Source: Bdellovibrionaceae bacterium UBA6776 (GTDB lineage: Bacteria > Bdellovibrionota > Bdellovibrionia > Bdellovibrionales > UBA1609). Taken from it: a stretch of 64,000 nt of DNA. The stretch covers positions 16,730-80,729 of the forward strand of contig DKGG01000032.1 in NCBI GenBank assembly GCA_002453155.1, read 5' to 3'. Each line of letters opens with the position of its first letter. The stretch's first letter is position 1. The notes beneath the pieces were generated by a model. The model searched no databases, was not told where the DNA came from, and was given only the letters and a program-made list of their open reading frames with translations. The position numbers were made by a program, and so were the translations under genes. Shown here piece by piece: positions 1 to 10,668 of this stretch.

Positions 1-486
1 GCCAGATTCCGCCAGGCTGAGGGCATCTCCAAACAAAGTCTTCCAACGGAGCTTTCCATATTTTTTGTGAAGTTCATAAAGTCCCATGGGATTTCCAGGA
101 ACTCCAATGGCGGCACCACCATCTTGAGAGGATCGGTTTTTGTTCGAGGTGTAAAAGGTGGGGGATGTTTCTAAAGGTGCGACCTCTCTAAAATCCAATG
201 CCATTGGAACTTCGTTGTTCATTCGAACCAAGGCAAATCCGCCACCGCCAAGGGCGGCATAGTAGGGGGTGGTCACCGAAAGAGTCAGGCCTGCTGCCAC
301 CGCCACATCCACAACATTGCCTCCCATTTTGTGAATTTTCTGGGCGGTTTCCACCGCATAGTGAGAAGGTGCTGAGATGAGAAATTCATGGCCCTCTGTG
401 GGAATGGCTCGTGATTGAAAGGCCATGAAGAATAAACTGGTTGTGATCAAAAATTTGAAAGATTTGCATATTTTAAATGTTTCCAA
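1..486 (-). CDS. ggt: gamma-glutamyltransferase, N-terminal part (runs off the window start)
   Basis: Not in the ORF track. Manual translation from a TTG at 486 (AAGGAG RBS upstream) gives a signal-like N-terminus, then GGNVVDVAVAAGLTLSVTTPYYAALGGGGF..LDFREVAP..AIGVPG..LYELHKKYGKLRW, which are typical GGT motifs. Confidence 0.88.
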   Translation of the reverse strand, partial: METFKICKSFKFLITTSLFFMAFQSRAIPTEGHEFLISAPSHYAVETAQKIHKMGGNVVDVAVAAGLTLSVTTPYYAALGGGGFALVRMNNEVPMALDFREVAPLETSPTFYTSNKNRSSQDGGAAIGVPGNPMGLYELHKKYGKLRWKTLFGDALSLAESG

Positions 487-547
487 GTGATTCTCCTTGA
501 AAGTGTCTTGCCCATTAAGATTTTTAGATAGTAAGTCCATACATACT

Positions 548-1249
548 ATGTCTAAGGGTGCACAACTTCAACTGACCAAAACTCGCGATCTTCCCAACCC
601 CAACGAGTACGTTCTCGCGTTGCTCGGTGAATATTCTCCATGGGCCTTTGATGAAGAGCGAGCGCCACAGCTCAAGGGACAGTGGAGAGAGGAATTCAAA
701 GTTTCTGAAGATCATCCTGTGGATTTAGAAATCGGCACAGGAAATGGCTTTCATTTTGGACACTTGGCGCTTTCCACTCCAAAGAGATGTTTGGTAGGGA
801 TTGAGTTGAAGTACAAACCGTTGATTCAGTCCATTCGCCGAGTGGTTCGAGAACGGGGAACCAATGCGCGAATTTGCAGATACAATGCACGCATGGTGAA
901 GGATCTTTTTGCGCCCGAAGAATTGAATGATGTGTACATCCACTTTCCAGATCCATGGGAAAAAGAAAGCCGCAAGAAGCACCGCTTGATTCAAGCTGAA
1001 TTTTTAGACGAACTGTTTGAATTGCAAAAGCTAGGTTCCAAAATTTATTTCAAAACAGACAGTCGGGATTATTTTGATTGGGCTTTGGAAGTTTTTGTGT
1101 CTTCCAAGTATAAAATGTTGGGACACAGTTTTGATCTTCACAATTCAGAGTGGGCAGAAGCGAATTTCATCACCCACTTTGAGCGACTCTTTCTCCGCAA
1201 AGGGCTTCCCATCCACTATGCGGAGCTTTTAAAATCCGAAGATATCTAA
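548..1249 (+). CDS. trmB: tRNA (guanine-N7)-methyltransferase
   Basis: Motifs LEIGTGNG, GIE, IHFPDPW..K..KHRL, KTD..YF and THFE. Start placed at ATG 548. Confidence 0.93.
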   Translation: MSKGAQLQLTKTRDLPNPNEYVLALLGEYSPWAFDEERAPQLKGQWREEFKVSEDHPVDLEIGTGNGFHFGHLALSTPKRCLVGIELKYKPLIQSIRRVVRERGTNARICRYNARMVKDLFAPEELNDVYIHFPDPWEKESRKKHRLIQAEFLDELFELQKLGSKIYFKTDSRDYFDWALEVFVSSKYKMLGHSFDLHNSEWAEANFITHFERLFLRKGLPIHYAELLKSEDI

Positions 1250-2574
1250 TTTAAAGCCTTGGGACAGTCTACGGGCATGCGCTCACGATAAAGTCCATCG
1301 GTCATGTGGGTGATCGGAACTGCAGATTCCGGAACCCAAAAATCAGTGTTCTTTGAGTAGAAATTTTCGATGTTTCCTCGAATGGGCAAGGCGCTAAATT
1401 TCACTGAATACGCATAGTAGGGAAGTGGTTTTTGGTTGTGTTTGAATAGGTAGCGAAAGGACATGGTTTGCCCGGGAGCCAAAGGAACGGGAACATAGCC
1501 ATTTTCAGGAGTGTTTCCTTCCAAGTAAACCACACCATCTTCAAGGCGAGAGCAATATTCATTTGCTTGAAATGTGCGATTTCCAATTCCGTAAGAGGTG
1601 CTCGGGAGTGTCAATGGCAGTTCAATGGTCTGAGTGTAGGCGGAAGGGTTGGTGATGGTGAGGTATCCCATGGGAAATCCAGGTCCACCATTGATCAAAC
1701 TGGTTTTTTCAAAATTGGTACTGGGCACATTGTCTCCATAAAATCCCGTGCTGAATGAGGGCTCGACGATCAAATCCTTGATGGGTTCTTTGATGGTAAA
1801 AATTTTGGACACCTGCACTTCATCGAAATTCCTGGAATGAACATACACGCGACAGCTTTGAGAAGTGGAAGTTCGAGTGGGGCTGACTTTTGTTTGCTGA
1901 GAGTTTTTCCAATCAATGTCTCCAAGGTTTCGAAGGCTTTGAGCATCCCAAAGGGCCGGGTAAATGGAATCCTCACAGATAAGTTTGACCAGATCGGCAT
2001 TGTTTCTTTGAAACTGAGCTTGAATTTTTTGAAGTTCATCTTTGAAGATCATGGAATTGTCTTTCAACTCTTGGCCATCACTCCAACTTTTTAAAACAAC
2101 TCCGGGTTGAGCGTTTGATGAAAATTTAAGTCCATTGATTTTAAAACTGTGACGGTGATTTTTTGGACTGGTGGCAACAAATTGAAAATCACACTTTCCA
2201 CCGCCAAATTTCAGCAGATCGAAGATCAGAGATTCAGGAATCATGGAGCCAAGTTTGACAGTTTTGAGGGGAAGTTCGCGGTGTGCAGTTGCGGACTGAT
2301 CTTTGACCGTGCAGCTGACATCCACTTTGAACTGATCGAAGGGAGCAGGTTCGGGGAAATCAATAAAGTCATCAATGGACCATTCCATAGGGAGGTCTTT
2401 TTCGAAATTTTTAACCTGGAGGGATTTTTCCGCGGACCTGAGAACCGGGGAAGGGATTTTTCGTTTCTCCACAATGGGAGGTGGGGCCTGGGGAGTGACT
2501 TCGTCCTGGGAGCAAGAAACCATTCCAAAAGTTAAGACAGCGATCATCCCAAATGGGATTGTGTTCATTTTCAT
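1246..2574 (-). CDS. hypothetical lipoprotein
   Basis: 442-aa ORF with a signal peptide and lipobox (GMVSC), GGAG RBS upstream, several Cys, no recognised domain. Confidence 0.75.
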   Translation of the reverse strand: MKMNTIPFGMIAVLTFGMVSCSQDEVTPQAPPPIVEKRKIPSPVLRSAEKSLQVKNFEKDLPMEWSIDDFIDFPEPAPFDQFKVDVSCTVKDQSATAHRELPLKTVKLGSMIPESLIFDLLKFGGGKCDFQFVATSPKNHRHSFKINGLKFSSNAQPGVVLKSWSDGQELKDNSMIFKDELQKIQAQFQRNNADLVKLICEDSIYPALWDAQSLRNLGDIDWKNSQQTKVSPTRTSTSQSCRVYVHSRNFDEVQVSKIFTIKEPIKDLIVEPSFSTGFYGDNVPSTNFEKTSLINGGPGFPMGYLTITNPSAYTQTIELPLTLPSTSYGIGNRTFQANEYCSRLEDGVVYLEGNTPENGYVPVPLAPGQTMSFRYLFKHNQKPLPYYAYSVKFSALPIRGNIENFYSKNTDFWVPESAVPITHMTDGLYRERMPVDCPKALN

Positions 2575-2605
2575 AGCATTTTCTCCTTTGTTCCCCCCTC
2601 ACATC

Positions 2606-2620
2606 GCAATCCCAATGCCA
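2606..2620 (-). promoter_or_regulatory. sigma54-type -24/-12 promoter of the lipoprotein gene
   Basis: Minus strand reads TGGCATTGGGATTGC (GG-N10-GC), about 30 nt upstream of the ATG. Confidence 0.65.
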
Positions 2621-2624
2621 CCCT

Positions 2625-2733
2625 CGATTTAGGTGCCACCCCAAAAAGACCAGCTTCAAAATCTGTAAGCGCAGCATTAGACGCTACGTATACAGATTTT
2701 GGTACCTGGCACCTAAATCGTGGCACCTAAATC
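2625..2733. repeat. nested inverted-repeat element (REP/REPIN-like)
   Basis: CGATTTAGGTGCCA (2625-2638) is inverted as TGGCACCTAAATCG (2707-2720), with a tandem copy at 2721-2733. Inner inverted repeat CAAAATCTGTA (2657-2667) / TACAGATTTTG (2691-2701). Imperfect palindrome GGTACCTGGCACC at 2701-2713. Confidence 0.8.
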
Positions 2734-3019
2734 ACCAGTAGGTGGTGTCGATGAGGATGTCGCCGAGAACTTGGGTTTGGCAGGAAATTCTTTCATTCGG
2801 CGCCAGATGGTAGCGTTGTCTTAAGAACAGCTCGGTGTCGTTGGGTGGAGAAAGATGGCTTTCGCCACCATAAACTTGAATTTTACATTTGCCGCAAACG
2901 CCGTCACCTTGGCAGGAGCTGGCCACGGGCATTTGATTTTTTCGGAGAGTGGCCATCAAATTGTCGCCGTTCTCACAAAAAATGGGAGCGTGCTGTTTTT
3001 GAAAGCTGATCAAAGGCAT
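2732..3019 (-). CDS. 2Fe-2S ferredoxin
   Basis: SCQGDGVCGKC...RISCQ cysteine pattern. Confidence 0.9.
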   Translation of the reverse strand: MPLISFQKQHAPIFCENGDNLMATLRKNQMPVASSCQGDGVCGKCKIQVYGGESHLSPPNDTELFLRQRYHLAPNERISCQTQVLGDILIDTTYW

Positions 3020-3063
3020 AAGAAGATCTTGCTCTCTTTCTTTGGAGCAGGCAAACCCAAGTC

Positions 3064-3753
3064 ATGGCAAAGGAAAAGGTACTGATTTTAGGAGCCAGTC
3101 GGGGGCTTGGGGCCGCGTTGGCTCGAGAGATCCTCTCTCAAGATCAAAATGCACCAGCCACTGAAGTTTTCGGCGTGGCTCGAAAAGAGCAACACCTTGA
3201 AACCCTCCAAAAAGAACTGGGCTCTCGCTTCCAATTTCAAAGACTGGATCTTTCGAAAGTGGAATCTCAGGACACCTTTGATTCCTTACTGAATGAGATT
3301 GCTGCGAAAAAAATTATCTATGTTGCAGGTGGGGGGCCTTTTGGATCCTTCGAGCATCGTCCTTTTGAATCTCATCAATGGGCTTGGAGGGTAACCTTTG
3401 AAGGTGCTGCTCGGACTTGCCATTGGGCTCTTCGACAGTCTTTGCCACCTCAGGTGATCTTGGTGGGTTCTACCATTTGTGAAAACCAAGGGGACCGTCA
3501 TGCGGCCTCCTATGCGGCGGCGAAACATGCCTTGAAGGGGCTTTACGAAAGCCTTCGATTGGAAGCTCCAGATTGGGATTTGCGCATGGTTTCGCCAGGG
3601 TATTTGGACACAGAGCTTCTCCCCAAAAATGCACCTGTGAGATACAAGGAAGTTTGGGATCCCCAAAAAGTCGCCCAAGAAATTGTGGAGTGGATGAAAC
3701 AGAAATCCAACCATGGCGACCACAAGGTGTACCCTCCGTACCCTGAAAATTGA
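3064..3753 (+). CDS. short-chain dehydrogenase/reductase
   Basis: GASRGLG nucleotide-binding motif, YAAAK catalytic motif, PGYLDT. Confidence 0.9.
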   Translation: MAKEKVLILGASRGLGAALAREILSQDQNAPATEVFGVARKEQHLETLQKELGSRFQFQRLDLSKVESQDTFDSLLNEIAAKKIIYVAGGGPFGSFEHRPFESHQWAWRVTFEGAARTCHWALRQSLPPQVILVGSTICENQGDRHAASYAAAKHALKGLYESLRLEAPDWDLRMVSPGYLDTELLPKNAPVRYKEVWDPQKVAQEIVEWMKQKSNHGDHKVYPPYPEN

Positions 3754-3794
3754 ATTTTGAGTTTTTGAAAGCGAAGAGTGAAAGGACTTTTGAA

Positions 3795-4733
3795 ATGGAA
3801 AAGAAAGTGGAAAACGTCATTATTATTGGATCCGGTCCCGCAGGATTTACCGCAGCAATCTATGCAGCGCGAGCAAATCTCGAACCCCTTATGATTGAAG
3901 GTTATGAGTCCGGTGGACAATTGATGACTACAACGGAAGTTGAAAACTATCCTGGTTTTGTCGATGGAATCATGGGTCCTGAGTTGATGACGGTTATGAG
4001 AAAACAAGCCGAGCGATTTCAAACTCGATTCATCACCAAGAACGTGACCAAAGTGGATTTCTCTACGAAGCCGTTTAAAGTTTGGGTGGATCAAGATCTT
4101 TATGAAGCAAAGACCGTTATCATTTGCACCGGTGCCAGCGCAAAGTATCTTGGGCTTGAAAGTGAAAAGCGATTGTTGGGTCGTGGTGTTTCTGCATGTG
4201 CCACCTGTGATGGAGCCTTCTTTAAGGATCAAGAAGTTTGTGTCGTTGGAGGTGGAGACACCGCCATGGAAGAAGCCAACTTTCTAACCCGTTTCGCGAA
4301 ACATGTTCACATCATTCACCGTCGCAATGAATTTCGTGCTTCCAAAATTATGGTGGATCGAGCCCTTAAAAATCCTAAAATTTCTGTGATTTACAATTCC
4401 GAGTTGGCCGAAGTGGTTGGTGAAAAAGGCGTTACAGGAATTAAAGTGCGCAACACTGAAACAGGTGATGTTTCCGAGATGGCAATGGACGGAGTATTTA
4501 TCGCCATTGGGCACAAACCCAACACCGATCTTTTTAAAGACCAAATCGAAACCAATGATGTGGGTTACATTTTGACCAAAGGAAAGTCGACTTACACATC
4601 TGTTTCTGGAGTTTTTGCGGCGGGTGATGTTCAAGATCCCATTTATCGTCAAGCGGTCTCTGCTGCGGGTTCTGGATGTATGGCTGCCATAGATGCGGAA
4701 CGGTGGTTGGAATCTCAAGAAGAAAATCACTAA
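3795..4733 (+). CDS. trxB: thioredoxin reductase
   Basis: GSGPAG, CATCDG, GGGDTAMEEA, GVFAAGD..YRQA. Confidence 0.97.
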   Translation: MEKKVENVIIIGSGPAGFTAAIYAARANLEPLMIEGYESGGQLMTTTEVENYPGFVDGIMGPELMTVMRKQAERFQTRFITKNVTKVDFSTKPFKVWVDQDLYEAKTVIICTGASAKYLGLESEKRLLGRGVSACATCDGAFFKDQEVCVVGGGDTAMEEANFLTRFAKHVHIIHRRNEFRASKIMVDRALKNPKISVIYNSELAEVVGEKGVTGIKVRNTETGDVSEMAMDGVFIAIGHKPNTDLFKDQIETNDVGYILTKGKSTYTSVSGVFAAGDVQDPIYRQAVSAAGSGCMAAIDAERWLESQEENH

Positions 4734-4749
4734 AGAGTCGGAACCCTCA

Positions 4750-5238
4750 ATGAAAAAAATCAACGCCAAGGATTTGGTGGCAAAAATTGAGCGAATTACA
4801 AAAGAGCGGATGGCAAAGGATGACGTCATCTCTTTTGAAGACCTTAAAAAACTCAAGTCAAAGGCCTCTCAGTTCACCTTACTCATAATCGAAGATGATG
4901 AAACCGTTCGAGGTGTTTTAAAAAGAGTCTTTGAAAGAGAGGACTATAAAGTTCTTGTGGCTTCGGATGGCACTCAGCTTTCAAGCGTGCTTGATGGAGC
5001 TTCTATTGATTTGATCATATTGGATATAGGTCTTCCCTGGATCAATGGCTTTGAATTGGCAGAGCTGATGAAGCAGCATGAAGACTTAAGTGACATTCCA
5101 CTGATCTTTATCAGTGGAATGAACAGCAAAGAAGATATCAAGCGAGGATTCGAAGTTGGGGCTGATGATTACATCACCAAACCCTTCGACCTAGAAAAGA
5201 TCAAAAAGGCCGTCAAAACCCTGATCCAGATCTCTTGA
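4750..5238 (+). CDS. single-domain response regulator with N-terminal extension
   Basis: IIEDD, LDIGLPWING, GADDYITKPF; no output domain. Confidence 0.88.
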   Translation: MKKINAKDLVAKIERITKERMAKDDVISFEDLKKLKSKASQFTLLIIEDDETVRGVLKRVFEREDYKVLVASDGTQLSSVLDGASIDLIILDIGLPWINGFELAELMKQHEDLSDIPLIFISGMNSKEDIKRGFEVGADDYITKPFDLEKIKKAVKTLIQIS

Positions 5239-5261
5239 GAGCCGAGAGCCGGATTTCTTTT

Positions 5262-6983
5262 TTAAGAAAGCAGAGTCTTGGGCATTCCTTTGGGGATCGC
5301 GCTCAAGAGTTTTTTGGTGTAGTCGTGCTGAGGATTTTCGTAAATCCCAACCGCTGTGTTCATCTCGACCACTTGGCCGTTGTACATCACAGCCACTTCG
5401 TCAGAAATAAATTTCACCACAGCAAGGTCATGGGAAATAAACACATAGGTCAAATTCAGCTCTTCTTGAAGCTCCAACAAAAGGTTCAAGATTTGAGCTT
5501 GAATGGAAACATCCAATGCAGAAACAGACTCATCACAAATAATAAACTCAGGCTCAACAGCCAGTGCGCGTGCAATACAGATCCGTTGGCGTTGTCCTCC
5601 CGAAAATTCATGGGGATAACGGTTCAACATGGATGCGCTTAAGCCGACACGGTCCATAAGTTTTGCGGCCATATCCAAACGTTCGGATTTGGAACTGCCT
5701 AATTTATGAATTACCATAGGTTCCATCAATGCGGCACCAATGGTCATTCGTGGGTTCAAAGAGGCATATGGATCTTGGAAAATGATCTGCATTTTCCGTC
5801 TCATGGCGCGCATGTCGCTTTTATTCAATCCAGTGACATCTACACCGTTGTAACGAACTTCACCCGCAGTGGGTTCAATCAAGCGCAAGATGGTGCGACC
5901 TAAAGTGGTCTTTCCACAACCGGATTCACCCACAAGACCTAAGGTGCGGCCTTTGCGAACGGTCAGCGACACATCATCAACGGCTTTCACCCAAGATTGA
6001 ACTCCACCGAAAAAACCTTTCTTCAAAGGAAAGTGTTTCTTTAAGCTTTTGATTTCTAAAAGAGGAGTTTGAGAATCTGAAATGGGACGAATTTCTTTTG
6101 CAGCTTTCAAAACAGATTGGTCGGGAGTTTTTTCCTTACCATCAGGAGTCATGAAATCGCTGACCACAGGAAGCCGGCGAGGGTGCTCATCCAAACTTGG
6201 ACGGCAGGCCAACAATCCCTTGGTGTAAGGATGTTGTGGTTTTTTAAACAAAGCTTCCGTGGAGTTTTTCTCCACGATGTCCCCACGGTACATCACAACC
6301 ACTTCGTCAGAAATGTCCGCGATCACTCCAAGATCATGGGTGATGAACAATACGCTCATTCCATATTTCTTTTGAAGATCTGCAATCAAATCCAAAATTT
6401 GTTTTTGAATGGTCACATCCAAAGCTGTGGTGGGCTCATCCGCAATCAAAAGGTCAGGATTGCAAGAAATTGCCATGGCAATCATCACCCGCTGACGTTG
6501 TCCACCACTCATCTCATGAGGGTAGCTTTTGATGCGCTCGGAAGGGTTGGGAATTCCCACCTGATCCAAAAGCTCAATGGCCCGCTCCCAAGCTTCTGCT
6601 TTGGACATCTTTTCGTGAAGGATTAAGCTTTCACAGATTTGATCGCCCACGGTGAACACAGGGTTTAAGCTGGTCATGGGCTCTTGAAAAATCATGGAAA
6701 TGCGCTTTCCACGGATTTTTCTCATTTGGGATTCTGAATTTTTTAACAGGTCTTTTCCTTCAAAGAGGATTTGTCCGGTAGTGACTTTCCCAGGAGGGTT
6801 GGGAATCAAACCCATAATGGCCAAAGAGCTTACGCTCTTTCCAGATCCAGATTCTCCCACCAAACCTACGGTTTTCCCTTTTGGAATATCAAAAGAAATC
6901 TTTTTAACGGCGGTGACAGTTCCATCATCAGTTTGGAACTCAACGGTCAAATCCTTAATTTCAATCAATGAGTTTGAACTCAT
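5262..6983 (-). CDS. peptide ABC transporter ATP-binding protein (fused OppD/OppF type)
   Basis: Two Walker A motifs ([16 protein letters not shown]), two SGGQRQR signatures, [16 protein letters not shown]. Confidence 0.95.
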   Translation of the reverse strand: MSSNSLIEIKDLTVEFQTDDGTVTAVKKISFDIPKGKTVGLVGESGSGKSVSSLAIMGLIPNPPGKVTTGQILFEGKDLLKNSESQMRKIRGKRISMIFQEPMTSLNPVFTVGDQICESLILHEKMSKAEAWERAIELLDQVGIPNPSERIKSYPHEMSGGQRQRVMIAMAISCNPDLLIADEPTTALDVTIQKQILDLIADLQKKYGMSVLFITHDLGVIADISDEVVVMYRGDIVEKNSTEALFKKPQHPYTKGLLACRPSLDEHPRRLPVVSDFMTPDGKEKTPDQSVLKAAKEIRPISDSQTPLLEIKSLKKHFPLKKGFFGGVQSWVKAVDDVSLTVRKGRTLGLVGESGCGKTTLGRTILRLIEPTAGEVRYNGVDVTGLNKSDMRAMRRKMQIIFQDPYASLNPRMTIGAALMEPMVIHKLGSSKSERLDMAAKLMDRVGLSASMLNRYPHEFSGGQRQRICIARALAVEPEFIICDESVSALDVSIQAQILNLLLELQEELNLTYVFISHDLAVVKFISDEVAVMYNGQVVEMNTAVGIYENPQHDYTKKLLSAIPKGMPKTLLS

Positions 6984-7005
6984 CTTTACTCCTTGTCGTC
7001 GGACT

Positions 7006-7881
7006 CTACTTGTCCCTGAGTTTCGGATCTGTGGCGTCACGAACTGCATCATTGAACAGGGTGAAAGCCAACACTAAGAAGAACATAAAAACCGTTGCTG
7101 CGGCAAGCCCCCACCAAACCCCACGAGAAAGTTCAAGCTTTGCGTCGCTGATCATCATTCCCCACGAAGGAGTTCCGGGCTCTACTCCAAGTCCCAAATA
7201 ACTAAGGATCACTTCAGACTTGATCGCAGAGACAAAACCCAAAGAAAAGCTGATCAGAATCAAATGCAGGGTGTTTGGAAGAATATGGACAAAGATGCGA
7301 CGGGCATGGCTTGCACCCATGGAGAACGCTCCTTGGACGTATTCTTGACCCCGTTGCTTGATGAATTCACTGCGCACCAAGCGACAGTGTCCCACCCAGG
7401 AGGTCAATCCAATGGCAAGGCACAGGGTTTTAAGGCCTGGCCCCGAAACAAAGGAAAAGGCCACCAGCAAAAGAATGTAAGGGATGTTGTCCAGCGTGGA
7501 GTAAAACCAAGTGATCAATTCATCCACCAGGCCACCAAAGTAACCGGCAAGAGCCCCTAAGAGAGTCCCAATCAATACAGAAAGACCCGCTCCCACGAAT
7601 CCGACGATCAAGGAGGTTACGGTTCCATGTGCGGCTCGAGCCAAAACATCACGGCCAAAAAGATCTGTTCCAAACCAATGTGCTGAACTGGGAGCCTGGT
7701 AAGGAATGGTGTTGTCGACCAAGGAATAGCTTGTAAAGACCAGGTCCATGGCGCAAAGAGCCGCCAGCCCAATATAGGCAATGATGATCCAAAAGCTGAC
7801 CACAGCAATTCGATTTTTCTTAATCTTTCGAATTGCATCGGCCCAAAGGCTTCGACCTTGAGTGTTTTGAGCGGAAGTCAT
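7006..7881 (-). CDS. oppC: peptide ABC transporter permease (OppC/DppC)
   Basis: [15 protein letters not shown]-type loop, LGLG..PSWG. Confidence 0.9.
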   Translation of the reverse strand: MTSAQNTQGRSLWADAIRKIKKNRIAVVSFWIIIAYIGLAALCAMDLVFTSYSLVDNTIPYQAPSSAHWFGTDLFGRDVLARAAHGTVTSLIVGFVGAGLSVLIGTLLGALAGYFGGLVDELITWFYSTLDNIPYILLLVAFSFVSGPGLKTLCLAIGLTSWVGHCRLVRSEFIKQRGQEYVQGAFSMGASHARRIFVHILPNTLHLILISFSLGFVSAIKSEVILSYLGLGVEPGTPSWGMMISDAKLELSRGVWWGLAAATVFMFFLVLAFTLFNDAVRDATDPKLRDK

Positions 7882-8813
7882 TGAAGCCTCACTTTAGGAT
7901 CCACCACGGCATACAAAAGATCCGAGATCAAATTGAAGGTGGTGTACAAGATGGTCAAAATCACAATCATGGCTTTGATCACAGGAAAGTCTGCATTGTT
8001 GATGGCCGTGACCAATAGGCCTCCAAGGCCAGGAATTCCGAAAAAAGATTCCAGCAACAGTGAACCCAAAATCAAAAAAGGCACCTGCAAAACCACCAAG
8101 GTGATGATGGGGATCAAAGCGTTTCTCAAAATGTGTTTGGTTAAAACTTTCTTGTTGGAAAGGCCTTTTGCGCGAGCGGTACGAACATAGTCTTTAGAGA
8201 GTTCCTCAATAAAGATGGTTCGAAAAAACAAGATCTGCCCGCCCAAAGAAAGGACAACCATAATCAATATGGGAAGGGTGGTGTATTCCCAGCGCCCGGT
8301 CCAACTGGAGTCCCAACCACTGATGGGAAACATGCCCCACAGGTAAGCCAAAAAGTATTGTCCGGCCAAAATGTAAACCAAAGAGGAAATGCTGATCAAA
8401 GCCAAGCAAACAACCATTGCCGTGCGATCGATAAAACTGTCGCGCAAATATCCCAAAACCAAAGACAACGGAATCGTGATCATCAAAGTGATCAAAAATC
8501 CAGGAACAGTGACAGACAAACTGGGACCCACGCCCGACCAAAACATTTCGGAAATTTTTTGTTTGGTCGACCAAGATCTCCCAAAATCAAAGGTGAGAAT
8601 CTGTTTTAAGTAATCCAAGTATTGAAGATAGATCGGCTGATTGAGGCCCAGTTCTGCGCGAATGGATTCAATCTGCTCGACGGTGGCATATTTCCCTGCG
8701 GCTTGGGCGGCGGGGTCACCGCCAGCCACGTTAAAAAGTAGGAAACACACCAAAGTGACCCCGAATAAAATCGGGATCACGTAGAGAATCCGCCGAATCG
8801 TGTATTTGAGCAT
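7878..8813 (-). CDS. oppB: peptide ABC transporter permease (OppB/DppB)
   Basis: GDPA, DFGRS, DYVRTARAKGL, HILRNA, DLLYAVVDP. Confidence 0.92.
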   Translation of the reverse strand: MLKYTIRRILYVIPILFGVTLVCFLLFNVAGGDPAAQAAGKYATVEQIESIRAELGLNQPIYLQYLDYLKQILTFDFGRSWSTKQKISEMFWSGVGPSLSVTVPGFLITLMITIPLSLVLGYLRDSFIDRTAMVVCLALISISSLVYILAGQYFLAYLWGMFPISGWDSSWTGRWEYTTLPILIMVVLSLGGQILFFRTIFIEELSKDYVRTARAKGLSNKKVLTKHILRNALIPIITLVVLQVPFLILGSLLLESFFGIPGLGGLLVTAINNADFPVIKAMIVILTILYTTFNLISDLLYAVVDPKVRLQ

Positions 8814-10591
8814 TAGAGTTTTTCCGCTAGCTTCGCTTTTTGATTCAAGTTCACTCGAATGTATTTTGCTTCACCGTTGATGATGGCATGGCGTTTATAG
8901 TTCTCGATCCAACCATGATAAAGCACGTAAGCTTTGCGGTGAATGTTTGGAATCCATGGCAAATCCTGAACAAAGATTTCTTTCATTTGTTTGTAAATCA
9001 CTGTTCTTTCGGGGCTTGGAGGAAGCTTTAAGGCTTTCTCATAAAGCTCATCAAACTTCTTATTCACGTAGTTTGCAGAGTTGGGCCCGGGGCTGACATT
9101 TTTGCCGTACAGAAGTTGCAGAAAATTTTCTGCATCCGGATAGTCCGCACTCCATGCAATTCCCCACATCTGAGCTTTTTTCTCACGAAGCTTGTCGGTG
9201 AATTGCGGCCAAGAAGTTGCTGCAATTCGAATTTTAATTCCAAGGGCTGCCAAATTTTGCTGAGTGTACTCGGCCATTTGACGGGCCGTTGTGGAATTGG
9301 TGGTGGAGTATTCAAACTCGGGCAGACCTTTTCCATCGGGGTAGCCGGCCTTTTTCAAATGTTCTTTGGCCTTTTCAATATTGAACTCTTTGTAAGGATT
9401 TTTAAAGTCCTTGTCGTAGCCATCAATGCCTGGAGGAATGGGAGAAAGGGCATTCACTCCGCGACCGTTGTAAAATCGCTCCAACAAAGTGTTTGTATCT
9501 GTGGCCAAAGAGATGGCTCGTCTCAACTCTAAGTTTTTTCCTAAAATGGGATCCAACATGTTGAAAGCCATATAGGTCACATCCGGCTCTTCGTTGATTT
9601 CAAGTTTTAGGCCCTTGTCTGTCAGATCTTTTGAAAGTTTGTCGCCAGAAACAGAAGTGTCAAAGTTGTCTTTTGGAATTATAACAATGTCCAATTTTCC
9701 TTTCATAAAATTCAACCATCTCGGCTGATCTTCGATGATCTCGGAATAAACAACTTTATCCACAAAAGGCAGGTCCTTGCCGGCGTCTTTCAACAGGCCT
9801 CTAGCATCATCTCCCTCTTCGCCTTCCGAAGGGTATTTGCCCCCGTGCCAGGTGGGGTTTTTGACCAAAACCACTTTGGAGTTTCGAGTCCACGAATCCA
9901 ATTTAAAGGGGCCTGTACCCACAGGGTGATTGATAAATTCTTTGCCATACTTGTCCACGGCTTCTTTTGGAACGGGAGCGGAGTAGTTCATGGCCAAAAC
10001 ATAATAAAGCTGAAAGTAAGGCTTAGTGAGTTTGATCACCAAGGTTTCGTCATCGGGAGCCTGTAGGCCTTCGATCTCGTCCTCGTAGGAGGCTTCGCCT
10101 TTACCCATTTTTTCGCGCCATTCGTTTAAACCTTTGATCTTTCCATCAAAGATCCAAAAACCATCGCTTTGGTTGGCGGGATCCGCCAAACGCTTCCAAG
10201 AATAAATAAAGTCTTTCGCAGTCAAATCACGACCTTTGCCTTCAGGAAAGGCTTCGTCGTCTTGAAACTTGATTCCCTTTTTGATTTTGATCGTATGAGT
10301 CAGTCCATCTTTCGAAGCCGTGGGCATGGCTGAGGCCACCAAGGGTTGAAGTTCGAGGGGACGTTTCAAATAGTGGTATTCAAAAAGAGGTTCATAGATG
10401 TTTGAGATGACCTGGTTTGAATAGGCATCATTGGCATAAATAGGGTCCATTCCCTTTAAATTCGCAGTGATTGCATTGTTCAAGACGTTTTCTTTGGCAG
10501 AATTTTTCTTGGTGCAACCAAGAGTGATTCCCAGAAAACTCAGGGCGACGAAGACAATTGCAAGACGTGAAAACGTGCGGTTCAAATTCAT
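8813..10591 (-). CDS. oppA: peptide ABC transporter substrate-binding lipoprotein (family 5)
   Basis: Lipobox TLGC, PVGTGPF, WSADYPD; in an operon with the permeases. Confidence 0.9.
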   Translation of the reverse strand: MNLNRTFSRLAIVFVALSFLGITLGCTKKNSAKENVLNNAITANLKGMDPIYANDAYSNQVISNIYEPLFEYHYLKRPLELQPLVASAMPTASKDGLTHTIKIKKGIKFQDDEAFPEGKGRDLTAKDFIYSWKRLADPANQSDGFWIFDGKIKGLNEWREKMGKGEASYEDEIEGLQAPDDETLVIKLTKPYFQLYYVLAMNYSAPVPKEAVDKYGKEFINHPVGTGPFKLDSWTRNSKVVLVKNPTWHGGKYPSEGEEGDDARGLLKDAGKDLPFVDKVVYSEIIEDQPRWLNFMKGKLDIVIIPKDNFDTSVSGDKLSKDLTDKGLKLEINEEPDVTYMAFNMLDPILGKNLELRRAISLATDTNTLLERFYNGRGVNALSPIPPGIDGYDKDFKNPYKEFNIEKAKEHLKKAGYPDGKGLPEFEYSTTNSTTARQMAEYTQQNLAALGIKIRIAATSWPQFTDKLREKKAQMWGIAWSADYPDAENFLQLLYGKNVSPGPNSANYVNKKFDELYEKALKLPPSPERTVIYKQMKEIFVQDLPWIPNIHRKAYVLYHGWIENYKRHAIINGEAKYIRVNLNQKAKLAEKL

Positions 10592-10617
10592 TCTGATTCC
10601 TCCCTTGAGATCCGTGT

Positions 10618-10646
10618 TGTGTAGCGTTAAGTGCTCGCTCTGTCAA
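10618..10646 (-). promoter_or_regulatory. sigma70-type promoter of the opp operon
   Basis: Minus strand TTGACA-N17-TACACA. Confidence 0.5.
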
Positions 10647-10668
10647 TAAAGCGGCGGGTCCTGAGCCG

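Noticed and set aside
3286-4856. Long antisense ORFs opposite the SDR gene and trxB, and similar ones opposite opp, E2, lpdA and valS
   Set aside because: Shadow ORFs of well-conserved genes, with no motifs or RBS.
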